A stretch of 64,000 nucleotides of DNA from Deinococcales bacterium (lineage in GTDB: Bacteria; Deinococcota; Deinococci; Deinococcales; JAAFIG01), in assembly GCA_043778225.1 (NCBI GenBank), contig JAYWGM010000028.1, positions 1 to 64,000 of the forward strand, given 5' to 3'. Below are positions 1 to 9,846 of this stretch, piece after piece (positions within the stretch are counted from its first letter, which is position 1; each line of letters starts with the position of its first letter). Below the pieces are notes generated by a model. The model did not search any database. It was not told the origin of the DNA and was given only the letters and a program-made list of their open reading frames with translations. The position numbers were made by a program, and so were the translations under genes.

Positions 1-2
1 AT

Positions 3-1607
3 ATTGAAGATATTTCCGGATTACCAAGTGCCATTGCTACTGCCATGAATATGCCTGTTCATACCGAAGTGAAAGCCGAGCTTCTGGCTTTGCTGCAAAG
101 AAAAAAAGTGTTATTGCTACTCGACAATTTTGAGCATCTACAACTCGAATCGCCTCGTGGTTTCCTTCACGATTTACTCGAACGTTGTGCCAATCTCAAG
201 GTTTTAGCAACATCTCGAGTACCGCTTCAGGTCTACGGCGAATGGTTATTTGATTTGCAGGGTTTTGAGGCTACGGATTCGGCTGCCACACAATTATTTT
301 GGCAAACCGCCCAGCGTCACAATCCAAAACTCGAGTTAAACGACCAAAGCAGTGCTAGGGCAATTGTGCAACGCCTTGGCGGAATGCCCTTAGCGATTGA
401 ATTAGCCGCCTATTGGACGCGCTTATTTTCTCCTAAAGAGGTGCTGCATGAACTCGAGTCTGGCTTAAAACTCGAGACCAAAAGCATGGCTGTGCCGATG
501 CGCCAACGTGCCATTGAAATGATGCTTGAGCAAAGTTATAACCGCTTAACGACCTTAGAAAAAATGGCGCTACAAGGCATGTGCGTCTTTCGGGGCGGTG
601 CAACCTTGGAGGCGGCTCGAGTCGTGACCAACAGTAGTATTCAAGATTTGCAGTATTTGGTCGAAACAGGTTTGTTGCAAAAAAATAGTTTGGGGCGTTT
701 TAACCTGCACGAATTACTGCGTCAATACGTGCTGACTCGAGTTGATGAAGCTGACTTAAAGCACTTTCAAGAACGCCAAGAACTGTTTTTCTTAGAATTG
801 ATTTTTAAGTTCATAGATAGTGCCGAAAAGAACCACAAGACAATGTGGGCTGCTTTGACCCTCGAGTTTTCCAATATCGAACAGATTCTTGGTTTTTTTA
901 CGCGCTTTGATTTGCAAAACAAATTTACGCGAATTGCTGATATTTATATGGTTTTTTTACGCATCCGTGGTTTATTCTGGACTGCCCTAGATTTGATCCA
1001 AGCTAATCTCGAGAATCCAGATTTATCATCTGCCGTTGTTCAGCAAAACCAAGTGATGTTAGCCTGTATTTTGCAACGTACCTTTCAACTTGAAGCCTCG
1101 GCAACATGCTTTGAGCAAACCTTACCGCACTTAAAACCCACTGATGCCACATGGGGTTATGCGTGGCTGGCGTACAGCGAAACACTGTTGCGGCTTGGGC
1201 GGGCGCAAGAAGCTCTCACAACCTGTCAGAACGCGATTGTGGCATTTGAGAACACAGACTTATATTTTTATTTTATTCGCGCCAAAATTCTTTTGGCATA
1301 CGCTTTTTTGTACACAGAGCAATTTGATCAGGCAAAAACACATGCTCTTGAAACAATTCAAATTGCCAATCAAAACAATGTTAGTTATTTCTATGGCGAT
1401 TGGTACTGGGAAGTCGGTAAAATTTTTATTGCCCTGCAAGAACCAGACACCCTTAAATACGTCCAAGGTACTTTTGAATTTTACCAAGGCATCAACGACA
1501 CCTATAGTCTTCAATTTATTGCCAGAGAAGCCAAAAATCTATATCTTACCAACGGGCAAACACAGAATCATGATTGGGTAGATAACTACTTAGCCCAACT
1601 CGTTTAA
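3..1607 (+). CDS. NB-ARC/AAA ATPase + TPR regulator, 5'-truncated by window edge (paralog of 5317..7800)
   Basis: Frame is open from base 3 (IEDISGLPSAIATAMN matches LQDISGLPNAIASAMN in the paralog); Walker B LLLLDNFEHL, ATSR, LGGMPLAIELAA, LHELLRQY motifs. Confidence 0.85.
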   Translation: MEDISGLPSAIATAMNMPVHTEVKAELLALLQRKKVLLLLDNFEHLQLESPRGFLHDLLERCANLKVLATSRVPLQVYGEWLFDLQGFEATDSAATQLFWQTAQRHNPKLELNDQSSARAIVQRLGGMPLAIELAAYWTRLFSPKEVLHELESGLKLETKSMAVPMRQRAIEMMLEQSYNRLTTLEKMALQGMCVFRGGATLEAARVVTNSSIQDLQYLVETGLLQKNSLGRFNLHELLRQYVLTRVDEADLKHFQERQELFFLELIFKFIDSAEKNHKTMWAALTLEFSNIEQILGFFTRFDLQNKFTRIADIYMVFLRIRGLFWTALDLIQANLENPDLSSAVVQQNQVMLACILQRTFQLEASATCFEQTLPHLKPTDATWGYAWLAYSETLLRLGRAQEALTTCQNAIVAFENTDLYFYFIRAKILLAYAFLYTEQFDQAKTHALETIQIANQNNVSYFYGDWYWEVGKIFIALQEPDTLKYVQGTFEFYQGINDTYSLQFIAREAKNLYLTNGQTQNHDWVDNYLAQLV

Positions 1608-1613
1608 GTTTTT

Positions 1614-1658
1614 CGGCTCGAGAAACCTGTGGCGAAAAGCGGCGGGTTTCTCGAGCCG
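1614..1658. terminator. Long hairpin between convergent genes, probable bidirectional terminator
   Basis: cggctcgagaaacctg (1614-1629) / cgggtttctcgagccg (1643-1658), 15 of 16 Watson-Crick pairs. Confidence 0.55.
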
Positions 1659-1735
1659 TGATAGCTGGCAGATTAACTTTGCCCTGAAGCCTGCCTAGCA
1701 TAAACTTTGAAAACTTGCTTCTCGAGAAGTTGAGG

Positions 1736-4700
1736 CTAACGGTTCAGCAGCACACTCGAGGAATTGCCACCATTATTTGCGGTAATAACATCGAGTTTAC
1801 CATCACCATTCATATCAGCTACAGTTACAGAAACAGGACCCGAACCCGTGGTGTAATCCGATTTGGTTTGGAACGTACCATTGCCATTGCCGAGCAACAC
1901 ACTCGAGGTACTGTTGCCATAGTTTGCGGTAATAATATCAAGTCTGGCATCCCCATTAACATCAGCTACAGCCACAGAATAAGGATTTGCACCCGTGGTG
2001 TAATCTGTTTTGGCTTGGAAAGTACCATTGCCATTGCCGAGCAGCACACTCGAGGAATGACTAGACTGGTTTGCAGTAATAATATCAAGTTTAGCGTCAC
2101 CATTGACATCAGCTACAGCCACAGAAGCAGGATTTGTACCTGTAGCGTAATCTGTTCTGGCTAAAAATGTACCATTGCCATTGCCTAAAAGAACACTCGA
2201 GGAATTAACATCATAGTTTGCCGTGATGATGTCAAGTTTACCATCCCCATTCATATCAGCTACTGTCACAGAATAAGGAGTCGAACCCGTGGTGTAATTC
2301 ACTCTATTTTGGAACGTACCATTACCATTGCCGAGCAGCACGCTTGAGGAATTACCAGACTGGTTTGCGGTAATAATATCAAGTTTGGCATCACCATTCA
2401 TATCAGCCACAACCACAGAACGAGGAATTGCACCTGTACCATAATCTGTTTTGGCTAGGAAAGTACCATCGCCATTGCCGAGCAACACACTCGAGGAATT
2501 ACCATCATAGTTTGCAGTAATAATATCAAGTTTAGCATCACCATTCATATCAGCTACAGCCACAGAATAAGGTCTTGCACCTGTACTATAATCTGTTTTG
2601 GCTAAAAATGTACCATTGCCATTACCTAAGAAGACACTCGAGGAATTACTAGACTCGTTTGTGATAATAACGTCAAGTTTAGCATCGCCATTGACATCAG
2701 CTACAGCCACAGAAGCAGGATTTGCACCCGTGGTGCTATCCGTTTTAGCTTGGAAAGTACCATAGGTACTGTTACCCAAGAGGACACTCGAGGATTTACC
2801 ATCAGAGTTTGCCGTGATGATGTCGAGGTTAGCATCGCCATTCACATCAGCTACAGCCACAGAATAAGGTTGCGAACCCGTGGTGTAATCCGATTTGGCT
2901 TGGAATGTACCGTCGCCATTTCCTAAGAGGACACTCGAGGAAGCGACATTAACGTTTGCGGTAATGATGTCAAGTTTAGCATCCCCATTGACATCAGCTA
3001 CGGTTATAGAAAAAGGATTTGTACCTGTACTATAATCTGTTTTGGCTTGGAATGTACCATCGCCATTGCCGAGCAACACACTCGAGGAATTACCACCAAG
3101 GTTTGCCGTGATGATGTCAAGTTTGGCATCACCATTGACATCAGCTACAGCCACAGAACGAGGTTGTAGACCTAAACCATAATCTGTTTTGGCTTGGAAT
3201 GTACCGTCGCCATTGCCCAAGAGGACACTCGAGGAATTCCCACCGTTTGCGGTGATAATGTCTGGGTTGGCATCGCTATTAACATCAGCTACAGCCACAG
3301 AATAAGGATTTGCACCCGTTGTGTAATCCGAGTTAGCTCGAAAAGTACCTCTACCATTGTTAAGCAGCACACTCGAGGAAGAATCATTATTGTTTGCCGT
3401 GATGATGTCAAGTCTGCCATCCCCATTAACATCAGCTACAGCCACAGAATAAGGTCTTGCACCTGTACTATAATCTGTTTTAGCTAGGAACGTACCATTT
3501 CCATTGCCAAGCAACACACTCGAGGAATTACCATTATAGTTTGCAGTAATAATATCAAGTTTGGCATCCCCATTAACATCAGCTACAGCCACAGAATAGG
3601 GACTTGCACCCGTGTCGTAACGGACTGCATTTTGGAACGTACCATTGCCATTGCCTAAGAGGACACTCGAGAAACTATTAAGGTCTACCATGATAATATC
3701 AAGTTTGGTATCGCCATTGACATCAGCTATTTTCACAGAAGTATTAAAGTAGCCCGTGCTGTAATCCACTTTGCCTGCAAACGCAGCACCTCGAGCCGCC
3801 ACTTTTGCACGGTACTGCCAAGTTCGCATCCCCGCTTCACACGCCCCACCACCATTAGCATTGGTTAAGCCCAAAGTTTGGGCTGTGACCAACTCACCAG
3901 CCATAAAATCTACGGTCGGGTTAAAACCAAGCGTACTCGAGCCAGACCCACCATAGACACCAGTTTTCGTGCCAGTGAAACCACCACGCACCACCAAACT
4001 CGAGGCAGTCGCAGCACTCATGGTTTGGTCAGTCGTCACGCTGATATTCGCATCTCGAGCCACTGAATTTAAGTTTGCCGTTGGTGAAAACCCAGTGAAG
4101 TTAAAAGTATTGACTAAATAATCCAGTGGTGTACTTGCAGAACCAGCCGTGCGAAGCACACAACCACGTTTAACACTTGGGTCAGATAATAAACTCGAGC
4201 CTCCAAGCGCAAAGAGTTCAGTCGCAGAAAAACCAGTCTTACGGGTAACTGCACCACTCCCAGCCCCTTGTTCTTGCAAACTTTCAGAAACTCGAGTTGC
4301 TACTGGTGCATCAAACATGATAAAAGTCATGCTAAATCTATACCCAGTCGTGGCGCTGCTCGAGTTGCTAATTGGAATTTGAATCGCTATGTTCACCACA
4401 CCAGCATTGTTGGTATTGGCTAACAACGTTCTCGAGCTTGCGCTGTTTCTTGCCACATACCCATACGGCAATAAGTAATCACCGTTGGCTTGACTGAGTT
4501 CACCTGCGGTGTTGGCGGCTGACTCCAAAGAAGAAATTTCGATTTCAGTAAACAATTGTAAATCTGAGACATTGTTATTAACCGTAAATGGCACTAAACT
4601 GTTTGGTGGATTGCTTGGTTTTACTCCTCGAGCAAAAGCAATACCTGTTGGGTCGTTTGCTAGATAAATACTCGAGCCAGCAAAGTTATAGACATTTTTA

Positions 4701-5050
4701 AGGGCTGTGCCACCGATGTTGCCAGTTTTTTGATAGGCAATCAAGGTTAAATCGGTCAAATCGGTGCTAGGCAGTAGGTTATTGATATTAAACTGAGCGG
4801 TAATGTACTGCACTGTAGCCCCACTTAGGACACTCAAACTCGAGGGAGGATTAAAACTGATACTGCTCGAGGTTTGGATAGCTTGGAGTTGTAGACCGTG
4901 ATGCACCACAGCCGTGGCTTTATTGGTTTGGGAATCAAAAGTTAGCTCGAGTTTCCCAATGGCTTTGGGTGTATTTTGAACTGGGCTTGGGCTTTGTTGA
5001 CAGGCGATAAATGCAAGTGCCAGCAGTGGTAAAAATAATTTGTGTTTCAT
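1736..5050 (-). CDS. Surface lipoprotein with N-terminal conserved domain, Ig-like domain and 14 FG-GAP/VCBS repeats
   Basis: Lipobox FIAC; SPTAN...VARDANISVTTDQ Ig-like segment; repeated VADVNGDAKLDIITAN...SSSVLLGNGNGTF. Confidence 0.85.
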   Translation of the reverse strand: MKHKLFLPLLALAFIACQQSPSPVQNTPKAIGKLELTFDSQTNKATAVVHHGLQLQAIQTSSSISFNPPSSLSVLSGATVQYITAQFNINNLLPSTDLTDLTLIAYQKTGNIGGTALKNVYNFAGSSIYLANDPTGIAFARGVKPSNPPNSLVPFTVNNNVSDLQLFTEIEISSLESAANTAGELSQANGDYLLPYGYVARNSASSRTLLANTNNAGVVNIAIQIPISNSSSATTGYRFSMTFIMFDAPVATRVSESLQEQGAGSGAVTRKTGFSATELFALGGSSLLSDPSVKRGCVLRTAGSASTPLDYLVNTFNFTGFSPTANLNSVARDANISVTTDQTMSAATASSLVVRGGFTGTKTGVYGGSGSSTLGFNPTVDFMAGELVTAQTLGLTNANGGGACEAGMRTWQYRAKVAARGAAFAGKVDYSTGYFNTSVKIADVNGDTKLDIIMVDLNSFSSVLLGNGNGTFQNAVRYDTGASPYSVAVADVNGDAKLDIITANYNGNSSSVLLGNGNGTFLAKTDYSTGARPYSVAVADVNGDGRLDIITANNNDSSSSVLLNNGRGTFRANSDYTTGANPYSVAVADVNSDANPDIITANGGNSSSVLLGNGDGTFQAKTDYGLGLQPRSVAVADVNGDAKLDIITANLGGNSSSVLLGNGDGTFQAKTDYSTGTNPFSITVADVNGDAKLDIITANVNVASSSVLLGNGDGTFQAKSDYTTGSQPYSVAVADVNGDANLDIITANSDGKSSSVLLGNSTYGTFQAKTDSTTGANPASVAVADVNGDAKLDVIITNESSNSSSVFLGNGNGTFLAKTDYSTGARPYSVAVADMNGDAKLDIITANYDGNSSSVLLGNGDGTFLAKTDYGTGAIPRSVVVADMNGDAKLDIITANQSGNSSSVLLGNGNGTFQNRVNYTTGSTPYSVTVADMNGDGKLDIITANYDVNSSSVLLGNGNGTFLARTDYATGTNPASVAVADVNGDAKLDIITANQSSHSSSVLLGNGNGTFQAKTDYTTGANPYSVAVADVNGDARLDIITANYGNSTSSVLLGNGNGTFQTKSDYTTGSGPVSVTVADMNGDGKLDVITANNGGNSSSVLLNR
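1740..3770 (-). repeat. 14 tandem ~147-bp (49-aa) FG-GAP repeats
   Basis: 14 DxNGDxxxD(I/V)I units counted in the translation; high nucleotide identity between units. Confidence 0.85.
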
Positions 5051-5208
5051 TGTTCACCTTCCATAAAATCCAGGTTATTGAGAAAATCTGTCTCGAGTGG
5101 GTCGGTAACGTTGCTTGTACCAATGGGTAAACTGATTCCCGTTAAGGTCACATAATTCTGCACAGCCTCGAGCCTTGGAACAACATAATTTTGTTTATCT
5201 AGGTTCAT
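5047..5208 (-). CDS. Unannotated 53-aa peptide MNLDKQNYVVPRLEAVQNYVTLTGISLPIGTSNVTDPLETDFLNNLDFMEGEQ
   Basis: Strong RBS TAAGGAG 5 nt before ATG; its TGA overlaps the lipoprotein ATG (ATGA), indicating translational coupling. Confidence 0.75.
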   Translation of the reverse strand: MNLDKQNYVVPRLEAVQNYVTLTGISLPIGTSNVTDPLETDFLNNLDFMEGEQ

Positions 5209-5227
5209 ATTTACTCCTTATCTAAAG

Positions 5228-5281
5228 AGCATAAAAACTCGGGTGTATTTGGGCGTTATTTGGGCGTTATATCAGCGTTAT
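5228..5281 (-). promoter_or_regulatory. SARP/BTAD-type activator site plus -10 box
   Basis: GCGTTAT at 5253, 5264, 5275 (11-bp period), degenerate copy at 5242; TATGCT -10 (5233-5228) lies 8 nt from the last repeat. Confidence 0.65.
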
Positions 5282-5316
5282 TTGGCAGGATTCAAATGTG
5301 TGTTAATCTGCAAAAA

Positions 5317-7800
5317 GTGATTCAGACGCTCGAGTTACATCTTTTAGGTTCGCCTCGGCTGGCGGGTAAACCCTTGCTATTATCAAAATCAACCGCGTTG
5401 ATGGCGTATTTGGTAGTGCAGAATAAGTGGGTGGCTCGAGACGAATTGCTGTATTTGTTCTATCCCAATTCGAGTGAGACCGATGCTCGTAATAATTTAC
5501 GGCAGTTGGTGTTGCGTCTAAAGTCAGATTGGCTGGCTTTTGAAATTGACAGTAAAACCTCAAAAGTGCGCTTAATCGTGCAGTCAGATGTACAAGACTT
5601 CAAGACCGCCCTCGAGTCTAAAAACATAAGCCAAGCGGCAGCTTTTTCGGGTGTTCTACTCGAGGGTGTACACCTCTCCGATGCTCCAGATTTTATGGAC
5701 TGGCTCGAACTTGAACGCAACGCCTTGCAACTGGCATGGCAAAAAAACGCCTTGCAGTATGCTCGCCAAGCCAACCCCTTTGAGGCAGATAAAATCCTTA
5801 AACAGATTTTACAAAAAGATGCACTGTGCGAAGAAGCGGTGCAAATTTTTCTCGAGTGCGGTGAGCCAAGCCAAGCCAAATTGGTTTTTAAGCAGTTCAA
5901 AAAAGTGGCTTTAGAAATGGGAATACAACCACTTGCAAAAACCCAAGCCTTATTTGACCAACTGTCCGATTTTTCGCAAGTTATCACGGTTCATAATTTG
6001 CCGTTCTCGAGTACCCCATTTGTTGGGCGGGAACAACAATTGCAAGCGCTGCACAAAATTATCGAAAACCCGATGTCGCGTCTGATTACGGTCGTGGGTT
6101 TGGGTGGCATGGGCAAAACCCGTTTGGCACTACAAGCCGCCCACACTTGGCTTGAGGCTGGTTTTGATGGGGTCTATTTGGTGACACTCGCCGACCTGCA
6201 AGATATTTCTGGGCTACCAAATGCGATTGCCAGTGCCATGAATATCCCAATTTATACAGATGCCAAAACCGAAATTTTAAGTTTATTGCAGTCCAAACGG
6301 GTCTTGTTGTTACTTGATAACTTCGAGCATCTGACGCTCGAGACTCCACGTGGTTTTCTGCACGACCTACTCGAGCAATCCGCCAAAATCAAAGTTCTCG
6401 TGACTTCTCGTATTCCCCTGAAAATCTATGGTGAATGGTTATACGACTTGCAAGGTTTTGAAGCACAGGACTCGGCTGGCACACAATTGTTTTGGCAAAC
6501 CGCTCAACGCCATAATCCTAGGCTCGAGAAAACCGACCAAAGCAGTGCTTTACAAATTATCGAGCGGCTTGGTGGAATGCCTTTGGCAATCGAACTAGCA
6601 GCCTACTGGACGCGCTTACTCAGTCCAGCCCAAGTGCTGCATGAACTCGAGCTTGGCTTAAAACTGGAGACCAAAAGCATCGCCGTCCCCGAGCGCCAAC
6701 GCGCCATCGAAGTTATGCTCAGTCAGAGTTACGAGCGCTTAACAACTTCGCAACAAACGACGCTACAAGCCATGTGTGTCTTTCGTGGTGGTGCAACCTT
6801 AGAAGCAGCAAGGGCTGTTACAAGTAGCAGCTTGGAGGATTTGCAGCACCTGGTCGAGACGGGTTTACTGCAAAAAGATAGTCTTGAGCGTTTTGACCTA
6901 CACGAATTATTGCGCCAATATGTACTGACCCAAGTTCAACCAGCCGACTTAGCGCATTTTGGGCAAAAACAAGGGCAGTATTTTAGCGAATTGCTGCTTA
7001 GGTCAGTAAAAGTCATCGAAAAAAATTATACCTCAGGCGTGGCGGCTATCACGCTCGAGTATCCCAATATCGAAGTGATTTTAGGGTTTTTTACCCGCTT
7101 TGATTTAGAGCATGAATTTGCCCGAGTTGCCGATTTCTATTTGGTCTTCTTGCGGATTCGTGGCTTGTTCTGGACAGCGCTGGATTTCATAAGCGCAAAC
7201 ATCAACAATCCAGATTTGCCGCTTGGTGTGGTGCAGCAAAATCAAATCATCAAAGCCTGTATTTTACAGTGTACTTTTCAACTCGAGGCTTCTAAAAATT
7301 GCTTTCAGGAAACCTTGCCTACCCTCAAACCCTCCGACCCAACTTGGGGCTATGGGTGGCTTGGTTACAGCGAAACCCTTTTACTCCTTGGCGAGGCACA
7401 AGAAGCTCGAGTAACCTGTCAGCGTGCGTTTACCGCTTTTGAGACTACTGACTTATATTTTTACCTTCTACGGGTTAAAATTTTGACTGCCAATGCGTAT
7501 TTGTACAGTGAAGAACCAATAAACGCAAAAACTCAGGCACTCGAGGCGTTGCATATCGCCCAGCAATACGGCATCAGCTATAGTTATGGCAGTTGGTACT
7601 GGGAAGTCGGTAAGATATTTATTGCCTTACAAGAACCAGACACGCTTAAATACGTCCAAGGCACATTTGAATTTTACAAAGGCATCAACGATTTTTACAG
7701 CATTGAGTACATTGCCCGCGAAGCCAAGACCCTTTTTACTTCGAGCCGACAACTCGAGAATCACGATTGGGTCGAAAACTACTTGCGCCAGCTTGGATAA
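5317..7800 (+). CDS. AfsR/SARP-family regulator (wHTH + BTAD + NB-ARC + TPR)
   Basis: LHLLGSPRL...ALMAYL...RDELLYLFYP...ARNNLRQ N-terminus; FMDWLELER; HNLP..TPFVGRE; Walker A GLGGMGKTRLA; GTG start 7 nt after TAATCT. Confidence 0.85.
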   Translation: MIQTLELHLLGSPRLAGKPLLLSKSTALMAYLVVQNKWVARDELLYLFYPNSSETDARNNLRQLVLRLKSDWLAFEIDSKTSKVRLIVQSDVQDFKTALESKNISQAAAFSGVLLEGVHLSDAPDFMDWLELERNALQLAWQKNALQYARQANPFEADKILKQILQKDALCEEAVQIFLECGEPSQAKLVFKQFKKVALEMGIQPLAKTQALFDQLSDFSQVITVHNLPFSSTPFVGREQQLQALHKIIENPMSRLITVVGLGGMGKTRLALQAAHTWLEAGFDGVYLVTLADLQDISGLPNAIASAMNIPIYTDAKTEILSLLQSKRVLLLLDNFEHLTLETPRGFLHDLLEQSAKIKVLVTSRIPLKIYGEWLYDLQGFEAQDSAGTQLFWQTAQRHNPRLEKTDQSSALQIIERLGGMPLAIELAAYWTRLLSPAQVLHELELGLKLETKSIAVPERQRAIEVMLSQSYERLTTSQQTTLQAMCVFRGGATLEAARAVTSSSLEDLQHLVETGLLQKDSLERFDLHELLRQYVLTQVQPADLAHFGQKQGQYFSELLLRSVKVIEKNYTSGVAAITLEYPNIEVILGFFTRFDLEHEFARVADFYLVFLRIRGLFWTALDFISANINNPDLPLGVVQQNQIIKACILQCTFQLEASKNCFQETLPTLKPSDPTWGYGWLGYSETLLLLGEAQEARVTCQRAFTAFETTDLYFYLLRVKILTANAYLYSEEPINAKTQALEALHIAQQYGISYSYGSWYWEVGKIFIALQEPDTLKYVQGTFEFYKGINDFYSIEYIAREAKTLFTSSRQLENHDWVENYLRQLG

Positions 7801-7801
7801 T

Positions 7802-9532
7802 TTATGCCGTCTTGAACGGTAAATACTGAGGATACCAAAAGCGTGTTTGGGCAAATTCCTCAAGTTCGGGCAAAGTCTTCTTATACAGACTAAATTCAGC
7901 CGCCACACCATCTTGTACCGCACGCTGCATCACTCGAGCCGCGACATGAATACTGGCTTGGCGCAATCCCGAAATTCGTGGATAAACCCTGCCTGCCGCC
8001 AACGAATCGGCTGGCGTGTGTTCGCAAAGCGCGTAAGCTGCCTCGAGTACCATATTATCGGTAATTTCAGATGCCCTTGCCAAAATGCTGCCAAAGCCTA
8101 AGCCGGGGAAAATAAAAGCATTGTTGCCTTGCCCAATTGGGTAGGTCTTGCCATTCAGTTCGACATCAGCAAAAGGGCTGCCAGTCGCCACAATGGCTGC
8201 GCCATCCGTCCAGCGCAAGGCATCGGCAGGCAGCACTTCGGTATTGACAGTCGGGTTGGAAAGCGGGAAAATAATCGGGCGTGATGTATTCATTGCCACC
8301 GCCCGCACGATGTTTTCGCTAAAACAGCCGCCCTGACCCGATAGCCCAATCAAGGCGGTGGCTTTGGCGTTCTGCACTGTCTCGAGTAAGTTGGGCGCTC
8401 GAGTTCGGTCGTAATTCCAAGTCTCGAGCGTGGCTGGATCGTGGGCAAAGGGGTGCTTGTACTCCTCGAGTTGGCGGGTGTTTAAGAGTAAGCCCTTAGA
8501 ATCCAAAACCAGCACTCTGGCTCGAGCTTCGGAATCGGTTAAGCCATCGCGTTTCATACCCTCGACCAATGCCCACGCCACACCCGCGCCACCAGCCCCC
8601 GCTCCGTGAATCACAATCGTTTGGTCACGCAAATGTTCGTTTTTGATTTTACAGGCGTTGAGGATTCCAGCCAGTGTAACCGCCCCCGTGCCTTGGATGT
8701 CGTCGTTAAAGCTCGGCACGATTTTACGGTAACGCTCGAGAACCTTAAATGCCGTGTCCTTGGAAAAATCTTCCCATTGAATAATTGCTTTTGGATACCG
8801 AGCCGAGACATCGCGCACAAATTGGTCTATAAAGGCATCGTAAGCCTCGCCAGTCAAGCGCTTATGGCGCACCCCAAGGTACAACGGGTCAGCCAGCAAA
8901 CTCTCGCGGTCTGTACCAACATCTAAGCCGACTGGCAGGGTTTTATCTGGGGCAACGCCACCCGCACCGGTGTACAAGCTCAGTTTACCGATGCTGATTG
9001 CCATACCGCCAAAGCCTTGGTCGCCAATTCCTAAAATCGCGCTCGAGTCGGTGGCAACAATCATACGGACATCCTCGAGTGGGACGTTTTCTAGCGAAGC
9101 GGCGCAACGCTCAATCGTATCAGTAGAAACACTATAGCCACGTGGAAAGCGGTAAATATGGCTAAAAAGTTTGACGGCATCGCCGACAGTTGGGGTGTAA
9201 AGCAGGGGCAGCATTTCCTCGATGTGGTCTTCGAGCAGCGCATAAAAAAGCACTTCGTTGCGGTCTTGGAGGTTTCGCAAATAAATATGCTTTTCGATTG
9301 GTGCGTCATAAGCCTTAACCCGTTCGTAGGCTCTGGTTTTTTGTTCTTCTATGGTGTTGACGTGCGGTGGCAGTAGCCCTTCGATGCCTAAAAGCCGCCG
9401 TTCCTCGAGCGTAAAAGCGGTGCTTTTATTCATCAGAGGTAAGCGTAACAGGGTAAAACCAGTCACATTGACCTCGAGAAAGCGCTGACCAGCAGCGTCG
9501 CGTTTGACATCGTAAAAGCGTGAAATAGGCAT
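7802..9532 (-). CDS. maeA: NAD-dependent malic enzyme
   Basis: [53 protein letters not shown] motifs. Confidence 0.92.
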   Translation of the reverse strand: MPISRFYDVKRDAAGQRFLEVNVTGFTLLRLPLMNKSTAFTLEERRLLGIEGLLPPHVNTIEEQKTRAYERVKAYDAPIEKHIYLRNLQDRNEVLFYALLEDHIEEMLPLLYTPTVGDAVKLFSHIYRFPRGYSVSTDTIERCAASLENVPLEDVRMIVATDSSAILGIGDQGFGGMAISIGKLSLYTGAGGVAPDKTLPVGLDVGTDRESLLADPLYLGVRHKRLTGEAYDAFIDQFVRDVSARYPKAIIQWEDFSKDTAFKVLERYRKIVPSFNDDIQGTGAVTLAGILNACKIKNEHLRDQTIVIHGAGAGGAGVAWALVEGMKRDGLTDSEARARVLVLDSKGLLLNTRQLEEYKHPFAHDPATLETWNYDRTRAPNLLETVQNAKATALIGLSGQGGCFSENIVRAVAMNTSRPIIFPLSNPTVNTEVLPADALRWTDGAAIVATGSPFADVELNGKTYPIGQGNNAFIFPGLGFGSILARASEITDNMVLEAAYALCEHTPADSLAAGRVYPRISGLRQASIHVAARVMQRAVQDGVAAEFSLYKKTLPELEEFAQTRFWYPQYLPFKTA

Positions 9533-9846
9533 GGGTAAGTCTCCTTAGCGAACGTTTGTTAGAGCATACCCGAATTTTTGGTTCACGCGCCACCCACTCT
9601 CAACAATTCACCTTCGGCACTACTTGATGCGCGGTTAGATTAGTGAAAGGGTGATTTGGTCTTAGATTTGCGTTACTATAGAGCGTGCGGATTTAGTCAC
9701 ATGATTACTCTTTTAGCACAATAAATTCAGGCTCGCTTCAAACTTCTGATAACGCAATTGCTCGAGCAGGTGCAACAACATTGTCCAGCACAAAAAGATG
9801 GACAGGTTTTATTTGAGTTCAATCGTTTGTTTATGATTGCTTAGCT

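Noticed and set aside
1715..3487. Repetitive + strand ORFs (1715..2164, 3194..3487)
   Set aside because: Antisense shadows of the FG-GAP repeats
1740..3770. CRISPR array or DGR target
   Set aside because: Repeats are in-frame protein repeats without unique spacers; no cas genes, reverse transcriptase or template repeat in the window
5047..5208. Lasso peptide gene cluster
   Set aside because: Leader-like motif only; no cyclase, peptidase or RRE nearby, and no Asp/Glu at core position 7-9
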